Shown: positions 1 to 12,158, numbered from the stretch's first letter. The stretch is DNA of 64,000 nucleotides from an uncultured Clostridiaceae bacterium (GCA_949927585.1 CATLFA010000007.1:3338-67337), one strand, 5' to 3'. Notes: a model not told the origin generated them from the sequence alone. Made by a program: numbers and translations.

Positions 1-2470
1 TTCCTGTTATTCTTTCTTCTAAGCTTTCTATTACTTGGTTTCCATCTTTTATTGCTGTAAGTTCTATTCCGTCGTGTGTTCCACAGTCATGTTCTCTTAC
101 GATAATATCTTGTGAAACGTCTACTAATCTTCTTGTTAAGTATCCTGAATCGGCTGTTCTTAACGCTGTATCTGAAAGACCTTTACGAGCACCATGGGCA
201 GATATAAAGTATTCTAGAGCATCTAGACCTTCTCTGAATGATGACTTGATTGGTATTTCTACTGTTCTACCTGTTGTACTTGCCATAAGTCCACGCATAC
301 CTGCTATTTGTTTTAATTGGTCTAAGTTACCACGGGCACCTGAGTCTGACATTATATATAATGGGTTTAATGCATCAAAGTTGTTTTTCATGGCAACACT
401 GACATCACTTGTAGCTCTTTCCCATATTTTAATTACTGATTGGTATCTTTCCTCTTCTGTAATTAAACCACGTTTATATTGTTTTAATACATTCTCTACT
501 TGACTAGCTGCATCTTCTAATATTGTTTTCTTTTCTTCTGGAACTTTTGCGTCTTCTATTGAAACTGTTATACCACTTGTTGTTGAATGTTTGAAACCTG
601 ATGCTTTAATGTAGTCTAATAGTTCTGCTGATCTAGATAAACCATGTTTTTCTATACATTTTCCAACTATTTTTCCTAACATTTTCTTATTTGTTACAAA
701 GTTGATTTCTGGTTCAAATTCATTTTCTGGATTTGTTCTATCTACAAAGCCTAGGTCTTGTGGTATTTCTTTATTGAATATTATTCTACCAACTGTTGTT
801 TCAACTTTCTTATGTCTTTCATTTCCTTCTTCATCTACTTTACTCATTCTTACAAATATTTTAGCATGCATTCCTACTTCTTTATTTTCGTAAGCCATTA
901 TTGCTTCTTCTGGAGATGAGAAGTAATTTCCTTCTCCTGTTTCTCCTTCTACTTCCATTGTTAGGTAGTAGTTTCCTAATATCATATCTTGTGATGGTAC
1001 TGTTACTGGTTTACCATCTTGTGGTTTTAATAGGTTGTTTACTGATAACATTAGGTATCTTGCTTCTGCTTGTGCTTCTGGTGATAGTGGTAAATGTATA
1101 GCCATTTGGTCACCGTCGAAGTCAGCGTTGAAGGCTGTACATACTAATGGGTGTAATTTTATTGCTCTACCTTCTACTAATACTGGCTCAAATGCTTGTA
1201 TACCAAGTCTATGTAATGTTGGAGCACGGTTTAGCATTACTGGATGGTCTTTAATTACTTCTTCTAATATATCCCATACTTCTGGGCGTAATCTTTCTAC
1301 CATTCTTTTTGCATTTTTAATGTTGTGTGCTAATCCTCTTTCTACTAATTCTTTCATAACGAAAGGTTTGAAAAGTTCTACTGCCATTTCTTTTGGAACA
1401 CCACATTGATATATTTGAAGTTCTGGTCCTACAACTATAACTGAACGTCCTGAGTAGTCAACACGTTTTCCTAGTAAGTTTTGACGGAAACGTCCTTGTT
1501 TACCTTTTAGTAGGTCTGATAGAGATTTTAATGCTCTATTTCCAGCACCTGTTACTGGTCTTCCTCTTCTTGAGTTATCTATTAAAGCGTCTACAGATTC
1601 TTGTAGCATTCTTTTTTCATTTCTTTTTATGATTTCTGGTGCCCCAAGTTCTATTAATCTTTTTAATCTGTTATTTCTGTTTATAACTCTTCTGTATAAG
1701 TCGTTTAGGTCTGATGTAGCAAATCTACCACCATCTAATTGTACCATTGGTCTTAACTCTGGTGGAATTACTGGTACTACATTCATTATCATCCATTCAG
1801 GTCTATTTCCTGATAATCTGAATGATTCTACTGTATCTAATCTTTTTATTAATTTTGCTTTCTTTTGCTCACTAGCTTTTTCTAGTTCTTTCTTTAAGCT
1901 TGCTGATAATGCTTCTAAGTCTATTTCTTTTAATAGTTTTTCTAATGCTTCTGCTCCCATTTCAGCTTTGAAACTGTCATAACCATATTTTTGAACAGCC
2001 TCTGTGTATTCTTTTTCTGTTAATACTTGATATTTCATTAATCCTGAAGTACCTTTATCTGTTACTATATATGAAGCAAAATAAACTATTTTTTCTAGGT
2101 TTCTTGGTGAAATATCTAACATTAAAGCTATTCTACTTGGTATACCTTTGAAGTACCAAATATGTGCAACTGGCGCTGCAAGCTCTATGTGTCCCATTCT
2201 TTCACGTCTTACTTTAGATTTAGTTACTTCAACACCACATCTATCGCAGACAATACCTTTATAACGAACTCTTTTATATTTACCACAATGGCATTCCCAG
2301 TCTTTTGTTGGTCCAAATATTCTTTCACAAAATAGTCCATCTTTTTCTGGCTTTAGAGTTCTATAATTAATAGTTTCTGGTTTTTTAACTTCACCTTTTG
2401 ACCATTCTCTAATTTTTTCGTCTGATGCTAATCCAATTTTTATTTTATCAAACATCTCTAATTCATCCAC
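1..2470 (-). CDS. rpoC: DNA-directed RNA polymerase subunit beta' (N-terminal ~823 codons; 3' end lies beyond the window edge)
   Basis: Absent from the ORF track because it is open at the edge. Minus-strand translation from GTG at 2470 reads [89 protein letters not shown] occurs near 1110. GGAGG lies 9 nt upstream of the GTG. Confidence 0.95.
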   Translation of the reverse strand, partial: MDELEMFDKIKIGLASDEKIREWSKGEVKKPETINYRTLKPEKDGLFCERIFGPTKDWECHCGKYKRVRYKGIVCDRCGVEVTKSKVRRERMGHIELAAPVAHIWYFKGIPSRIALMLDISPRNLEKIVYFASYIVTDKGTSGLMKYQVLTEKEYTEAVQKYGYDSFKAEMGAEALEKLLKEIDLEALSASLKKELEKASEQKKAKLIKRLDTVESFRLSGNRPEWMIMNVVPVIPPELRPMVQLDGGRFATSDLNDLYRRVINRNNRLKRLIELGAPEIIKRNEKRMLQESVDALIDNSRRGRPVTGAGNRALKSLSDLLKGKQGRFRQNLLGKRVDYSGRSVIVVGPELQIYQCGVPKEMAVELFKPFVMKELVERGLAHNIKNAKRMVERLRPEVWDILEEVIKDHPVMLNRAPTLHRLGIQAFEPVLVEGRAIKLHPLVCTAFNADFDGDQMAIHLPLSPEAQAEARYLMLSVNNLLKPQDGKPVTVPSQDMILGNYYLTMEVEGETGEGNYFSSPEEAIMAYENKEVGMHAKIFVRMSKVDEEGNERHKKVETTVGRIIFNKEIPQDLGFVDRTNPENEFEPEINFVTNKKMLGKIVGKCIEKHGLSRSAELLDYIKASGFKHSTTSGITVSIEDAKVPEEKKTILEDAASQVENVLKQYKRGLITEEERYQSVIKIWERATSDVSVAMKNNFDALNPLYIMSDSGARGNLDQLKQIAGMRGLMASTTGRTVEIPIKSSFREGLDALEYFISAHGARKGLSDTALRTADSGYLTRRLVDVSQDIIVREHDCGTHDGIELTAIKDGNQVIESLEERITG

Positions 2471-2497
2471 TATTTTTAGCCTCCCCTTAATTTTATA

Positions 2498-2531
2498 TTG
2501 TAGGGGCGATTATTAATCGCCCGTGCTACAA
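2498..2531 (-). other. 14-bp interrupted stem-loop about 20 nt upstream of the rpoC RBS
   Basis: TTGTAG-GGGCGATT / AATCGCCC-(GTG bulge)-CTACAA. No U-tract follows it on the minus-strand RNA. Confidence 0.6.
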
Positions 2532-2544
2532 CGGCTTTTATTTT

Positions 2545-2628
2545 AGAGGTTGGAAGTTGGAGGTTGGAAAATCTGGTAAATTCTTCGAAGTATTTACCTT
2601 ATATTCTAACTTCTAACTTCTAACTTCT
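2545..2628. repeat. 84-nt near-perfect hairpin whose arms are tandem short repeats
   Basis: The left arm is AGAGGTTGGAAGTTGGAGGTTGGAA (2545-2569) and the right arm is TTCTAACTTCTAACTTCTAACTTCT (2604-2628). Of 25 positions, 20 are Watson-Crick and 5 are G:T. The G:T positions pair as G-U wobbles only if the plus strand is the RNA. An inner stem GGTAAAT/ATTTACC lies in the loop. Confidence 0.7.
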
Positions 2629-2843
2629 GTTTTGGCTTTCATTAAAATTCAAAAATAATCCACTGCTGAGCAATTCCTTTTTGTCTATTTTTTTATTTAT
2701 TTTGAAAATATTTAATTAATTTGATTGGTTAGGGCATAATTTGGTAAATTCTACTAGGTATTCCTTACCAATCAAGCCCCTACATATTTTTAAAATTTTC
2801 TGTTATTTTAAATATTTGCATTAATTATAGTTTCGTATATCCA

Positions 2844-2863
2844 GGTCGCCGAAGGCGGCGACC
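2844..2863 (-). other. GC-only 8-bp hairpin 23 nt downstream of the rpoB stop
   Basis: GGTCGCCG-AAGG-CGGCGACC. No U-tract follows, so it is not a canonical intrinsic terminator. Confidence 0.6.
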
Positions 2864-2885
2864 CGCATACCCTTTAACCTAAATC

Positions 2886-5800
2886 TTATTCTAGTCCGTC
2901 ATTTTCTAAATTGTCTTCTGCTAAGTCTGTGTCGAAAATTTCTGAATCGTCGTCGTCTAATTCTGTGAATAATTCGTCGTCGTCCATAGCTTCTTCGTCA
3001 ACATCTAAAAGTATTTCCTCTGTGTCTTCATCTATCTCTATATAGTTTTCGTCTAATTCATTTTGTTGTAATACATCTTCCCCTATTTTTGCTTCTTCGT
3101 AGTCTATTCCTTCATCTATATGTTCTTGTAGTTCTAATTCTTCGTTTTCTTCTGAATATAAACGTACGTCTAAGCCTAATGATTGAAGTTCTTTTATTAA
3201 TACTTTGAAACTTTCTGGTACGCCTGGTTCTGGTACATTTTCTCCTTTAACAATTGCTTCATATGTTTTAACACGTCCAACAACGTCATCTGATTTAACT
3301 GTTAACATTTCTTGAAGTGTATATGCTGCTCCATATGCCTCTAATGCCCAAACTTCCATCTCTCCGAAACGTTGTCCACCGAATTGTGCTTTACCTCCTA
3401 GTGGTTGTTGTGTTACTAGTGAGTATGGTCCAGTTGAACGAGCATGTATTTTGTCATCTACTAAGTGATGTAGTTTTAACATGTACATTACACCAACTGT
3501 TACTGGGTTATCAAATTTTTCACCTGTACGTCCATCTATTAATATTGATTTTCCGTCTTCTCTTAGGCCTGCTTCACGTAGTAATTCTTTTATTTCTTCG
3601 TCTGATGCACCATCAAATACTGGTGTTGCAACTTTCCATCCTAGTGCTTTTGCTGCCATACCTAAGTGAACTTCTAAAACTTGACCTAAGTTCATACGTG
3701 ATGGTATACCTTGTGGATTTAATACTATATCTACTGGTGTTCCATCTTCTAAGAATGGCATGTCTTCTACTGGAAGTATTCTTGAAATAACACCTTTGTT
3801 ACCATGACGTCCAGCCATTTTGTCTCCAACTGATATTTTTCTCTTTGTTGCTATATAACAACGTATTACTTGATTTACACCAGGTCCTAATTCATCTGAA
3901 TTATCTCTAGTGAATATTTTAACATCTACTATTGTTCCTGCTTCTCCATGTGGTACTCTTAAAGATGTGTCTCTTACTTCTCTTGCTTTTTCTCCAAATA
4001 TTGCACGAAGTAATCTTTCTTCTGCTGTAAGTTCTGTCTCTCCTTTTGGAGTAACTTTACCTACTAGAATATCTCCTGGTCTTACTTCTGCACCTATTCT
4101 TATAATTCCGTTTTCGTCTAGGTCTTTTAGTCCATCATCACCAACATTTGGTATATCACGTGTTATTTCTTCTGGACCTAATTTTGTATCACGACATTCA
4201 CAATCATATTCTTCTATATGTATTGATGTGTATACATCTTCTTTAACTAATCTTTCACTAATTAATATAGCATCCTCATAGTTGTAACCTTGCCATGTTG
4301 TAAAGGCAATAAGTACGTTTCTACCTAATGACATTTCACCGTTCTTTGTAGCTGGTCCATCTGCTAATATGCTTCCTGCTGTTACTTTTTCTCCTCTTAC
4401 AACTACTGGTCTTTGGTTTATACATGTACCACCATTTGTTCTTTTAAATTTACGAAGTTTATATGTGTCTATTTCTCCTTTTTTATTTTTAACTTTAACT
4501 TCGTCACTGCTTACTTTTTCTACTACACCGTCATTTATAGCTGTTACTGTAATTCCTGAGTCTTTTGCTGCTCTATATTCTATACCTGTACCTACTATTG
4601 GAGATTCTGGCATTAATAGTGGAACTGCTTGACGTTGCATGTTAGATCCCATAAGTGAACGTTTAACGTCATCATGCTCTAAGAATGGTATCATGGCTGC
4701 TGCAACAGAAACTAATTGTTTTGGAGATACATCAACATAGTCTACTTGTTCTCTATCTACCTCTGTTATTTCTGTTTTGTTACGTACTTTAATTCTATTG
4801 TTTACAAATTTTCCATCTTTATCTAATGGCTCAGATGCTTGAGCTATGATGTAATTATCTTCTTGGTCTGCTGACATGTATTCAACAATATCTGTTACTT
4901 TTCCTGTTTCTTTATCTACTTTTCTATATGGTGTTTCAACAAATCCATATTCATTTATTATAGCAAATGATGAAAGTGCTGAAATTAAACCGATATTTGG
5001 TCCTTCAGGAGATTCAACTGGGCAAAGTCTTCCATAGTGTGTATAGTGAATATCACGAACTTCGAAGCCTGCTCTTTCTCTTGATAAACCACCAGGTCCT
5101 AAGGCTGAAATTCTTCTTTTATGTGTAAGCTCTGATAATGGGTTTGTTTGGTCCATAAATTGTGATAATTGTGAGCTTCCAAAGAATTCTCTAATTGATG
5201 ATGTTATTGGTTTTGTGTTTATTAATGTTTGTGGTGTTACTACGTCTAAGTCTTGTATTGTCATTCTTTCACGAACAACTCTCTCTAATCTTGTTAAACC
5301 AATTCTAAATTGATTTTGTAGTAATTCTCCAACACATCTTATACGTCTATTTCCTAAATGATCTATATCATCTATTGTTCCTATTCCATTGTCTAAGTTT
5401 AATACATAGTTTATTGAAGCTATAATATCTTCATTAGTAATGTGTTTAGGTACTAATTCTTCTTTTCTTTCAGATATTACTTTGTGTAAATCTTTTTTGT
5501 CAGTTGTATCTAATATAGATTTTAATACTTCATAATTTACTTCTTCTTTAAAATGTAAGTCACTTATATCAACATCTGTTACAACTTTGTGAATATTTAC
5601 TGTTCCATTTCCTATAATTCTTACTTTTTTATCATTTACTTTTACATCTACTATATTTAAACCTGTATTTTGTATTTCTTCTGCTACTTCTTTTGATATT
5701 GCACAATCTTTTTCTACTAATACTTCTCCTGTAGATGGATCTATAATATCTTCAAATGCTACTTTTCCAGCTATTCTTGTTGCTAAACTTAATTTTTGGT

Positions 5801-6623
5801 TAAATTTGAATCTACCAACTTTTGCTAGGTCATATCTTCTTTCATCAAAGAATAGACCATTAAATAAGTTTCTTGCAGCGTCTACTGTTGGAAGTTCACC
5901 TGGTCTTAATTTTTTGTAAATTTCTATTAATGCTTCATCTTGAGTTTTAATAGTGTCTTTTGCTATTGTAGCTACTATTTTAGCTTCTTCTCCAAATAGA
6001 GAAACAATTTGCTCGTCTGTTGTTAAACCTATTGCTCTTAATAAACATGTTACTGGTATTTTTCTTGTTCTATCTACCCTTGCCCAGAATACGTCGTTTC
6101 CATCTGTTTCATATTCTATCCATGCTCCACGAATTGGCATAACTGTTGATGTAAATACTTTTTTACCTGTTTTGTCAAATTCATATGCATAGTAACATCC
6201 TGGTGAACGTACTAACTGACTAACTACAACTCTTTCAGCTCCATTTATAATAAATGTTCCGCTTTCAGTCATTAATGGGAAATCTCCAAGATAAATTTCT
6301 TGTTCTTTTATTTCTCCTGTTTCACGGTTAATTAAACGTACCTTTACGTGTAATCTTGTAGAATATGTAGCATCTCTTTCTTTTGCTTCTTCTACTGTAT
6401 ATTTAGTTTTTTCTTCCATGTAGTAATCGAAAAATTCAAGAACTAAATTACCTGAGTAGTCCACTATTGGTGAAATATCTTTTAATACTTCTCCTAATCC
6501 TTCTTCTACGAACCAGTCGTATGAGTCTTTTTGGACTTTAATAAGATTTGGCATCTCAACAAAATCGCCAATTTTTGCAAACGTTTTACGTGTGCTTTTT
6601 TCGTTTTTGATATCTTTTATCAA
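2886..6623 (-). CDS. rpoB: DNA-directed RNA polymerase subunit beta
   Basis: Track ORF 2886..6677 carries canonical RpoB sequence ([59 protein letters not shown]). I place the start at TTG 6623 because AGGAG lies 8 nt upstream. The 18 codons upstream of that are non-conserved. Confidence 0.95.
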   Translation of the reverse strand: MIKDIKNEKSTRKTFAKIGDFVEMPNLIKVQKDSYDWFVEEGLGEVLKDISPIVDYSGNLVLEFFDYYMEEKTKYTVEEAKERDATYSTRLHVKVRLINRETGEIKEQEIYLGDFPLMTESGTFIINGAERVVVSQLVRSPGCYYAYEFDKTGKKVFTSTVMPIRGAWIEYETDGNDVFWARVDRTRKIPVTCLLRAIGLTTDEQIVSLFGEEAKIVATIAKDTIKTQDEALIEIYKKLRPGELPTVDAARNLFNGLFFDERRYDLAKVGRFKFNQKLSLATRIAGKVAFEDIIDPSTGEVLVEKDCAISKEVAEEIQNTGLNIVDVKVNDKKVRIIGNGTVNIHKVVTDVDISDLHFKEEVNYEVLKSILDTTDKKDLHKVISERKEELVPKHITNEDIIASINYVLNLDNGIGTIDDIDHLGNRRIRCVGELLQNQFRIGLTRLERVVRERMTIQDLDVVTPQTLINTKPITSSIREFFGSSQLSQFMDQTNPLSELTHKRRISALGPGGLSRERAGFEVRDIHYTHYGRLCPVESPEGPNIGLISALSSFAIINEYGFVETPYRKVDKETGKVTDIVEYMSADQEDNYIIAQASEPLDKDGKFVNNRIKVRNKTEITEVDREQVDYVDVSPKQLVSVAAAMIPFLEHDDVKRSLMGSNMQRQAVPLLMPESPIVGTGIEYRAAKDSGITVTAINDGVVEKVSSDEVKVKNKKGEIDTYKLRKFKRTNGGTCINQRPVVVRGEKVTAGSILADGPATKNGEMSLGRNVLIAFTTWQGYNYEDAILISERLVKEDVYTSIHIEEYDCECRDTKLGPEEITRDIPNVGDDGLKDLDENGIIRIGAEVRPGDILVGKVTPKGETELTAEERLLRAIFGEKAREVRDTSLRVPHGEAGTIVDVKIFTRDNSDELGPGVNQVIRCYIATKRKISVGDKMAGRHGNKGVISRILPVEDMPFLEDGTPVDIVLNPQGIPSRMNLGQVLEVHLGMAAKALGWKVATPVFDGASDEEIKELLREAGLREDGKSILIDGRTGEKFDNPVTVGVMYMLKLHHLVDDKIHARSTGPYSLVTQQPLGGKAQFGGQRFGEMEVWALEAYGAAYTLQEMLTVKSDDVVGRVKTYEAIVKGENVPEPGVPESFKVLIKELQSLGLDVRLYSEENEELELQEHIDEGIDYEEAKIGEDVLQQNELDENYIEIDEDTEEILLDVDEEAMDDDELFTELDDDDSEIFDTDLAEDNLENDGLE

Positions 6624-6948
6624 AACAATCACTCCTAAATAAAATTTAAGCAGAAAAAAAAATTTGTCAGGGGACACCCCTTACCCTTTTGTCACTCCCA
6701 CTTGGGATAAGGAATGTCCCCTACCCTTGTGAATAAGTGTTCAAATAGTTATAGTATTCTCCTAACTTATACTTTAGTGAATTGAATATATATAAAAAGA
6801 AGTCCTTCTCGTAATTAATTTTATATTATAAAAACCTCCCCTTCCTGCTCATAAAAAGCTTGATTTTTACATATAAAATTAGTACAATTCCTCTTCTTTC
6901 TAAATTACGTAAATTTGAAATAAGCGACAAATCGCCTTATACTTTTAT

Positions 6949-6978
6949 ATTATATCGCAAAACACCAAGGCTTGTCAA
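6949..6978 (-). promoter_or_regulatory. Candidate sigma-A promoter for rpoB
   Basis: On the minus strand, TTGACA (6978-6973), an 18-nt spacer, then TATAAT (6954-6949). This predicts a ~315-nt leader. Confidence 0.5.
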
Positions 6979-6980
6979 TT

Positions 6981-7016
6981 AAAAATGCTAAATTTTATAG
7001 AAAATTTAGCATTTTT
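6981..7016 (-). terminator. Intrinsic terminator after the pilin-like gene
   Basis: Perfect 16-bp inverted repeat AAAAATGCTAAATTTT-ATAG-AAAATTTAGCATTTTT. The 3' arm ends in a U-run on both strands. Confidence 0.6.
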
Positions 7017-7072
7017 CGAAGTTATATTTTTTTATTTTTTAAAATTTTTATATTATTTGATTTCTTTTATAG

Positions 7073-7852
7073 TTAATTTTCGTATCCTATAACTTTTATC
7101 TTATATTTTAATATGCTCCAATTATTGTAAGTCTCGGTTAGAAAATTAATTTTATTATTAGCTGTAAATATAAAATGAGTATATGAATAGTAGTTAGTGT
7201 TCGAAGCAATATACATTGGAATTGTTGTTTTCCATTGTTCTATACTACTTAATTCTATATCACTTGTGTATATTGAAACACTATTCCACAGTTTTTCTCC
7301 ACTTTCCAGACATACAGCCAAAAAGATTTCTATCTTTTTATAATCATATATATTACCTTGTAATTGTATCTCTTCTTCTTCGTTAATATCTGTAGTTTCT
7401 AATAGTATAGTATCTCCTTTTTGTTCATTTGTTGCTATTTTAATTCCATTTATCGATGCTAATTGTAACTGTCCGTTTATTTCAAATTCATATGGATAAT
7501 CATTTAATTTTGTATATATTGAACTTGGATTTTCTCCTACTTCATATTTTGTACTTGCTATTTGGCTTTTTTCTGTTACATATTGTATCTCGTTATCTGT
7601 TCCAAGTACTACTGATAATTCCTTTAATGTTGGCATTCTTTGGTCTTCTGCATATTTGTTCATTTGAGCTGTTGTTATTTTTAGGTTTATTATTTCCGTT
7701 GCTGTTTGCTTATTTGTAGTTTCTTTTGCTTGTTTTGCCCTTGTAAATATTCCATTATTTCCTAAGCTTAAATATATTCCTACACTTGATAGAATTATTA
7801 GTATTATTATTGTAATTACTAATGAGATTAGTGTTATTCCTTTATTTTTCAT
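7073..7852 (-). CDS. Pilin-like secreted or membrane protein (prepilin-like N-terminus lacking Glu5); paralog of 13143..14000
   Basis: The N-terminus MKNKG/ITLISLVITIIILIIL resembles the class III signal G-[FI]-T-L-I-E, but has Ser at +5. About 150 N-terminal residues are near-identical to the ORF at 13143..14000. An RBS is present. Confidence 0.8.
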   Translation of the reverse strand: MKNKGITLISLVITIIILIILSSVGIYLSLGNNGIFTRAKQAKETTNKQTATEIINLKITTAQMNKYAEDQRMPTLKELSVVLGTDNEIQYVTEKSQIASTKYEVGENPSSIYTKLNDYPYEFEINGQLQLASINGIKIATNEQKGDTILLETTDINEEEEIQLQGNIYDYKKIEIFLAVCLESGEKLWNSVSIYTSDIELSSIEQWKTTIPMYIASNTNYYSYTHFIFTANNKINFLTETYNNWSILKYKIKVIGYEN

Positions 7853-8031
7853 TTGTTTTCCTCCTTATTTTCTTATTTTAACCATTGTTATTTAATTTAT
7901 TATAATATTAATTATAAATATTAAAAGTAACCACTTAGTAAATATTAATTTAATGAATTAATTATATATATTTTTTTATTTGTTAGCAATAATTTGGAGT
8001 ATTTTTTGCTCTTTACTTTTTTACATAATTA

Positions 8032-8921
8032 CTTAATACCCGACAGTTTTTTCTTAGAGTGAATTAGATTTAATATATTTTAAAAAAAATAAAAAAATTT
8101 GTCTAATCTTTATAATTTTTTTATAGATTTTAGACAATTTTATTTTTTCTTGCATTTTTAATAAAAACATCTTCATGTTCTCTTAATTCTTATATACTTT
8201 TTTTACTTTTATATGTCATACAATATAAAAGTACATTTTATTTTGGGGACTTTATATGAATTAAAACATAAATTCTATTGACCCAAACCTATAACTATAA
8301 TTTTTTATTCCTTCTTCTACTTTACCATTTGTTAATACATATATCGCTTCTTTATGCCCTTCTATCTTACTTACTGCTAATTGTGTTTTATAATTATTCT
8401 TACCTATTAATACACTTTCAAAATATTGCTCCTCTTTTTCTTTCGCTTTTACTTCTTTTATTTTTCCTATCATTTCTCCATAATTATATATGTACAATGT
8501 TAAATTTGATTTTACTCTTATACAATATTCTTCTCCTATTTCTTGTATATATTTCATTATTTCCTAATTTTGAAACCATCTATCTGCTAGATACATTATT
8601 TTACATTTCTTATTCTCAAATAGTTTTTCTACAAATTCTATTCCTTCTTTTAGTAATTTTGTTTTATATGCTTCTTCATAATACTTCCCTTTAAAACATC
8701 TAAACCATAAGGGGATTCCGCTGTTTATCTATTTTTAGCGAGAAAAACAATATTAAAAAAATTTACTAAATCACTTGCTAAATTCTTTTGTGTATTATAC
8801 AATTTATTCATAAAAATACCTTCTTTCGTATATTGGATTTTTTGTTTTGTCACCAATATTTTACCAAAGAAGGTATTTTTTTGCAATTCTTTATTCTTTT
8901 TAAAAACTGTCGGGTATTAAG
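8032..8921. mobile_element. Decayed, non-autonomous IS element (890 bp) with perfect 20-bp terminal inverted repeats
   Basis: CTTAATACCCGACAGTTTTT at 8032-8051 is the exact reverse complement of 8902-8921. The 8-bp direct repeat ACATAATT occurs at 8023-8030 and 8922-8929. The interior holds only transposase fragments. Confidence 0.75.
8261..8727 (-). pseudogene. DDE transposase remnant (IS4-like signature), truncated and interrupted by an in-frame TAG
   Basis: The minus-strand reading is ...KIMYLADRWFQN*EIMKYIQEIGEEYCIRVKSN...YSYRFGSIEFMF. ADRxF and YxxRxxIExxF resemble the second D and the Y-R-E block of DDE transposases. It is far too short for an intact enzyme. Confidence 0.6.
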
Positions 8922-8996
8922 ACATAATTCTATTTTAAAGTTTTCACATAAAAAACACCTAAACCATTTTATAATTAGTTTAAGTGTTTTTTATTA

Positions 8997-11900
8997 TTAA
9001 CTATTTTTTTCTACTGCTATGTTTAGTTTTTCTCCGTTTATAGAAGTTTCTGTATAGTCTTTTGCTTCTTCATTGTATACAATATTATCTGCTAATGTAT
9101 CTTTTTGAATTTGCTCACTGTATTTTTTGATAACTAGTTCTAGCATTTCGTTTCCAGCCACATATAGGTTAATTCTATCTAATACTTCGAATCCGCTTTC
9201 TTTTCTCATGTTTTGTACTTTTGAAAGTATTTCACGTACATAGCCTTCTTCTTTTAGTTCTTCAGTTATAGTTGTATCTAATATAACTCCTATTTCACCT
9301 TCTCCTGCAAAAGCGTATCCTTCTTTTCCTTGCATTGTTACAAGTAGGTTTTCTTGGTTTAGTTCAATTTCTTGTCCTTCCACTGTTATTATAGCACTTT
9401 CTCCATTTTGTACTTTGCTAGCTAGTTCCATTTGGTTTTGTTTTGCTATTTCGCCTCTTATTTGTGGAATTAGTTTTCCATAAGTTTTCCCTAGTACTGG
9501 TAAGTTTGGTTTTATTTCGAAGTTTACGTACTCTGCCATTTGTGCCCCTAATTGTACTTCTTTTATGTTTAACTCATCTTTTACTATATCTCCATAATAT
9601 TCTGGAAGTTCGTTTGCTGATATTAACATCTTTGATAGTGGTTGCCTGTTTTTGATGTTTACACTGTTACGTGCACTTCTTCCTAATTTAACTATTGTAT
9701 ATGCTAATCCCATTTCTTCTTCTAGTTTTTTGTCAATTGCATTTTCATTTATTTCTGGCCATGTGCATAGGTGTATACTTTCTGGTGCATTTTTATCTAA
9801 ACCTACTACTAAGTTTTGGTAAATTTCTTCTGTTATAAATGGTACAAATGGTGCTGCAACTTTTGCAAGTGTTGTCAGTACTCTATAAAGTGTTACATAT
9901 GCTCCTATTTTGTCATCTGAAAGCTCTGTTTTCCAATATCTTTCTCTATTTCTACGTACATACCAGTTTGAAAGTTCGTCTGTAAATTCTTCAATTTCTA
10001 AAGCTGCTGATGTTATATCGTAGTTGTCTAATTTTTGTTCTATATCTTTTATTAATGTATTTAATTTAGATATTATCCATTTATCCATTACGTTTGTAAC
10101 TTCGAAGTCTGAATATTCTACTGGGTTAAATTTATCAATTTCTGCATATAGAACGTAGAATGAATATACATTCCATAGTGTAGATAAGAATTTTCTTTGT
10201 GTTTCTTCTACATCTTTTGTTGAGAACCTTGTTGGTAGCCATGGTGCGCTTGTTGTGTAGAAGTGCCAACGTGTTGCGTCTGCTCCTACTGAACCTAATA
10301 CTTCAAATGGGTCTACTACATTTCCTAAGTGTTTTGACATTTTTAAACCTTTACTATCTAGTACGTGACCTAATACTATACAGTTTTCGAATGGGTTTGT
10401 GTCAAATATACATGTTGATATTGCTAAGAGTGTATAGAACCATCCTCTAGTTTGGTCTACCGCTTCTGAAATGAATTGTGCTGGGAAGTTCTTTTCAAAC
10501 AATTCTTTATTTTCAAATGGGTAGTGTAATTGTGCAAATGGCATTGAACCTGAGTCAAACCAACAATCTATAACTTCTTTTTCTCTTATCATATCTTTTC
10601 CACAATCTGGGCAAGTTATGTGGATAGGGTCTAGGTATGGTTTATGAAGTTCTACATTTTCTGGTACATTTATTCCCTTTTCTTTTAGTTCTTCTCTAGA
10701 ACCTATACATTCCATATGACCACAGTCATGGCATCTCCATATTGGAAGTGGTGTTCCCCAATATCTATCTCTTGAAATTCCCCAATCTATAACATTTTCT
10801 AGGAATTTTCCGAAACGTCCTGTACGTATTGTGTCTGGCATCCAGTTTATTTTGTTGTTGTTTTCTAATAGCTTATCACGAACTTCTGTCATTCTAACAA
10901 ACCAGCTCTCTTTTGGGTAGTATAGAAGTGGTGTGTCACATCTCCAGCAGTGTGGATAGCTGTGTGTATGTTTTGCTGAGCTAAATAATTTATTTTCGTG
11001 TGCAAGCCATATACATATATCTTTATCACAAGTTTTCACAAATCTTCCTGCCCATGGTGTTACTTCTGGTACGAAGTTTCCTGATTTATCTACTAAGTTT
11101 ACAAATGCTATTCCATTTTGTTTTGAAACAAAGTTATCATCTTCTCCATAAGCTGGTGCTATATGAACTATACCTGTACCATCTGTTAAAGTTACATAGT
11201 CACCATGTATTACTTCAAATGCTTTTCCTTCTACATTTGCAAATGGCATTAATCTCTCATATTTCATTCCTAAAAGCTCTGTTCCTTTTACTTCTTTTAA
11301 CAATTCATAAGGAATATCTTTTAGTACTGTTTCTATTAAATCTTTTGCTAGAATATAAATTTCTTCATTTCCTTCTTCTTGCATTTTACCATCTATAACT
11401 GGTTTTTCTACTTTTACATATGAATATGTATATGCTTTATTTATACAAAGTGCTAAGTTTGAAGGTAGTGTCCAAGGTGTTGTTGTCCATGCTAAGAAGT
11501 ATACGTTTTCTTCTCCAACTACTTTAAATTTAGCAGTACATGTTAAGTCTTGAACATCTTTATATCCTTGTGCAACTTCATGTGAAGAAAGTGCTGTTCC
11601 ACATCTTGGGCAATATGGCATTACTTTATGACCTTGGTATAATAAACCTTTTTCCCACATTTGTTTTAATGCCCACCATTCAGATTCTATATAATCATCA
11701 TGGTAAGTTACATATGGTTTTTCCATATCTACCCAGTAACCTATTTGGTTAGTCATATCTTCCCACATAGAAACATATTTGAATACGCTTTCTTTACATT
11801 CACCTATAAATTTTTCAACTCCATAATCTTCAATTTGCTCTTTACCTGAAATTCCTAATTTCTTTTCAACTTCAAGTTCAACTGGAAGACCATGAGTATC

Positions 11901-12158
11901 CCAACCAGCTTTACGAATTACGTCATAACCCTTCATTACTTTGTACCTAGGAATGATATCCTTCATAACCCTAGTTAATATATGACCAACATGTGGTTTT
12001 CCATTAGCTGTAGGAGGTCCATCATAAAAAGTAAAATATCTTTTACCCTTATTCATATCAAAATTCTTCTTGATAACATCTTTTTCCTTCCATAAATTTG
12101 AAACCTCATGTTCCATTCCAACAAATCCATTTTCTTTAAGTTCTACTTTTTTGTACAT
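8997..12158 (-). CDS. ileS: Isoleucine--tRNA ligase
   Basis: 1053 aa with a HIGH motif (PHVGH), KMSKH (the KMSKS motif), and typical IleS blocks ([25 protein letters not shown]). Confidence 0.97.
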   Translation of the reverse strand: MYKKVELKENGFVGMEHEVSNLWKEKDVIKKNFDMNKGKRYFTFYDGPPTANGKPHVGHILTRVMKDIIPRYKVMKGYDVIRKAGWDTHGLPVELEVEKKLGISGKEQIEDYGVEKFIGECKESVFKYVSMWEDMTNQIGYWVDMEKPYVTYHDDYIESEWWALKQMWEKGLLYQGHKVMPYCPRCGTALSSHEVAQGYKDVQDLTCTAKFKVVGEENVYFLAWTTTPWTLPSNLALCINKAYTYSYVKVEKPVIDGKMQEEGNEEIYILAKDLIETVLKDIPYELLKEVKGTELLGMKYERLMPFANVEGKAFEVIHGDYVTLTDGTGIVHIAPAYGEDDNFVSKQNGIAFVNLVDKSGNFVPEVTPWAGRFVKTCDKDICIWLAHENKLFSSAKHTHSYPHCWRCDTPLLYYPKESWFVRMTEVRDKLLENNNKINWMPDTIRTGRFGKFLENVIDWGISRDRYWGTPLPIWRCHDCGHMECIGSREELKEKGINVPENVELHKPYLDPIHITCPDCGKDMIREKEVIDCWFDSGSMPFAQLHYPFENKELFEKNFPAQFISEAVDQTRGWFYTLLAISTCIFDTNPFENCIVLGHVLDSKGLKMSKHLGNVVDPFEVLGSVGADATRWHFYTTSAPWLPTRFSTKDVEETQRKFLSTLWNVYSFYVLYAEIDKFNPVEYSDFEVTNVMDKWIISKLNTLIKDIEQKLDNYDITSAALEIEEFTDELSNWYVRRNRERYWKTELSDDKIGAYVTLYRVLTTLAKVAAPFVPFITEEIYQNLVVGLDKNAPESIHLCTWPEINENAIDKKLEEEMGLAYTIVKLGRSARNSVNIKNRQPLSKMLISANELPEYYGDIVKDELNIKEVQLGAQMAEYVNFEIKPNLPVLGKTYGKLIPQIRGEIAKQNQMELASKVQNGESAIITVEGQEIELNQENLLVTMQGKEGYAFAGEGEIGVILDTTITEELKEEGYVREILSKVQNMRKESGFEVLDRINLYVAGNEMLELVIKKYSEQIQKDTLADNIVYNEEAKDYTETSINGEKLNIAVEKNS

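Larger units (their letters stand above)
2471..2885 (-). other. Unusually long (415 bp), hairpin-rich rpoB-rpoC intergenic spacer
   Basis: No credible ORF. It holds four strong hairpins (2498-2531, 2545-2628, 2721-2775, 2844-2863). Local GC patches stand out from the surrounding AT-rich DNA. Confidence 0.8.

Noticed and set aside
246-1982. Plus-strand track ORFs antisense to rpoC (246..503, 702..893, 901..1101, 1035..1409, 1629..1982). The same kind of ORF occurs opposite rpoB, ileS, the adhesins and the repeat protein.
   Set aside because: They are low-complexity L/F/S-rich translations lying entirely inside strongly supported minus-strand genes, and they have no RBS. This is the expected antisense artefact in AT-rich DNA.
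2545-2628. The tandem short repeats as a CRISPR array or microsatellite.
   Set aside because: These are only three 7-8-nt units per arm, with no spacers. The two arms are complementary to each other, so the feature is a hairpin.
6624-6677. The 18-codon N-terminal extension of rpoB given by the ORF track ([18 protein letters not shown]).
   Set aside because: It is not conserved RpoB sequence and its ATG has no RBS. AGGAG precedes the TTG at 6623.
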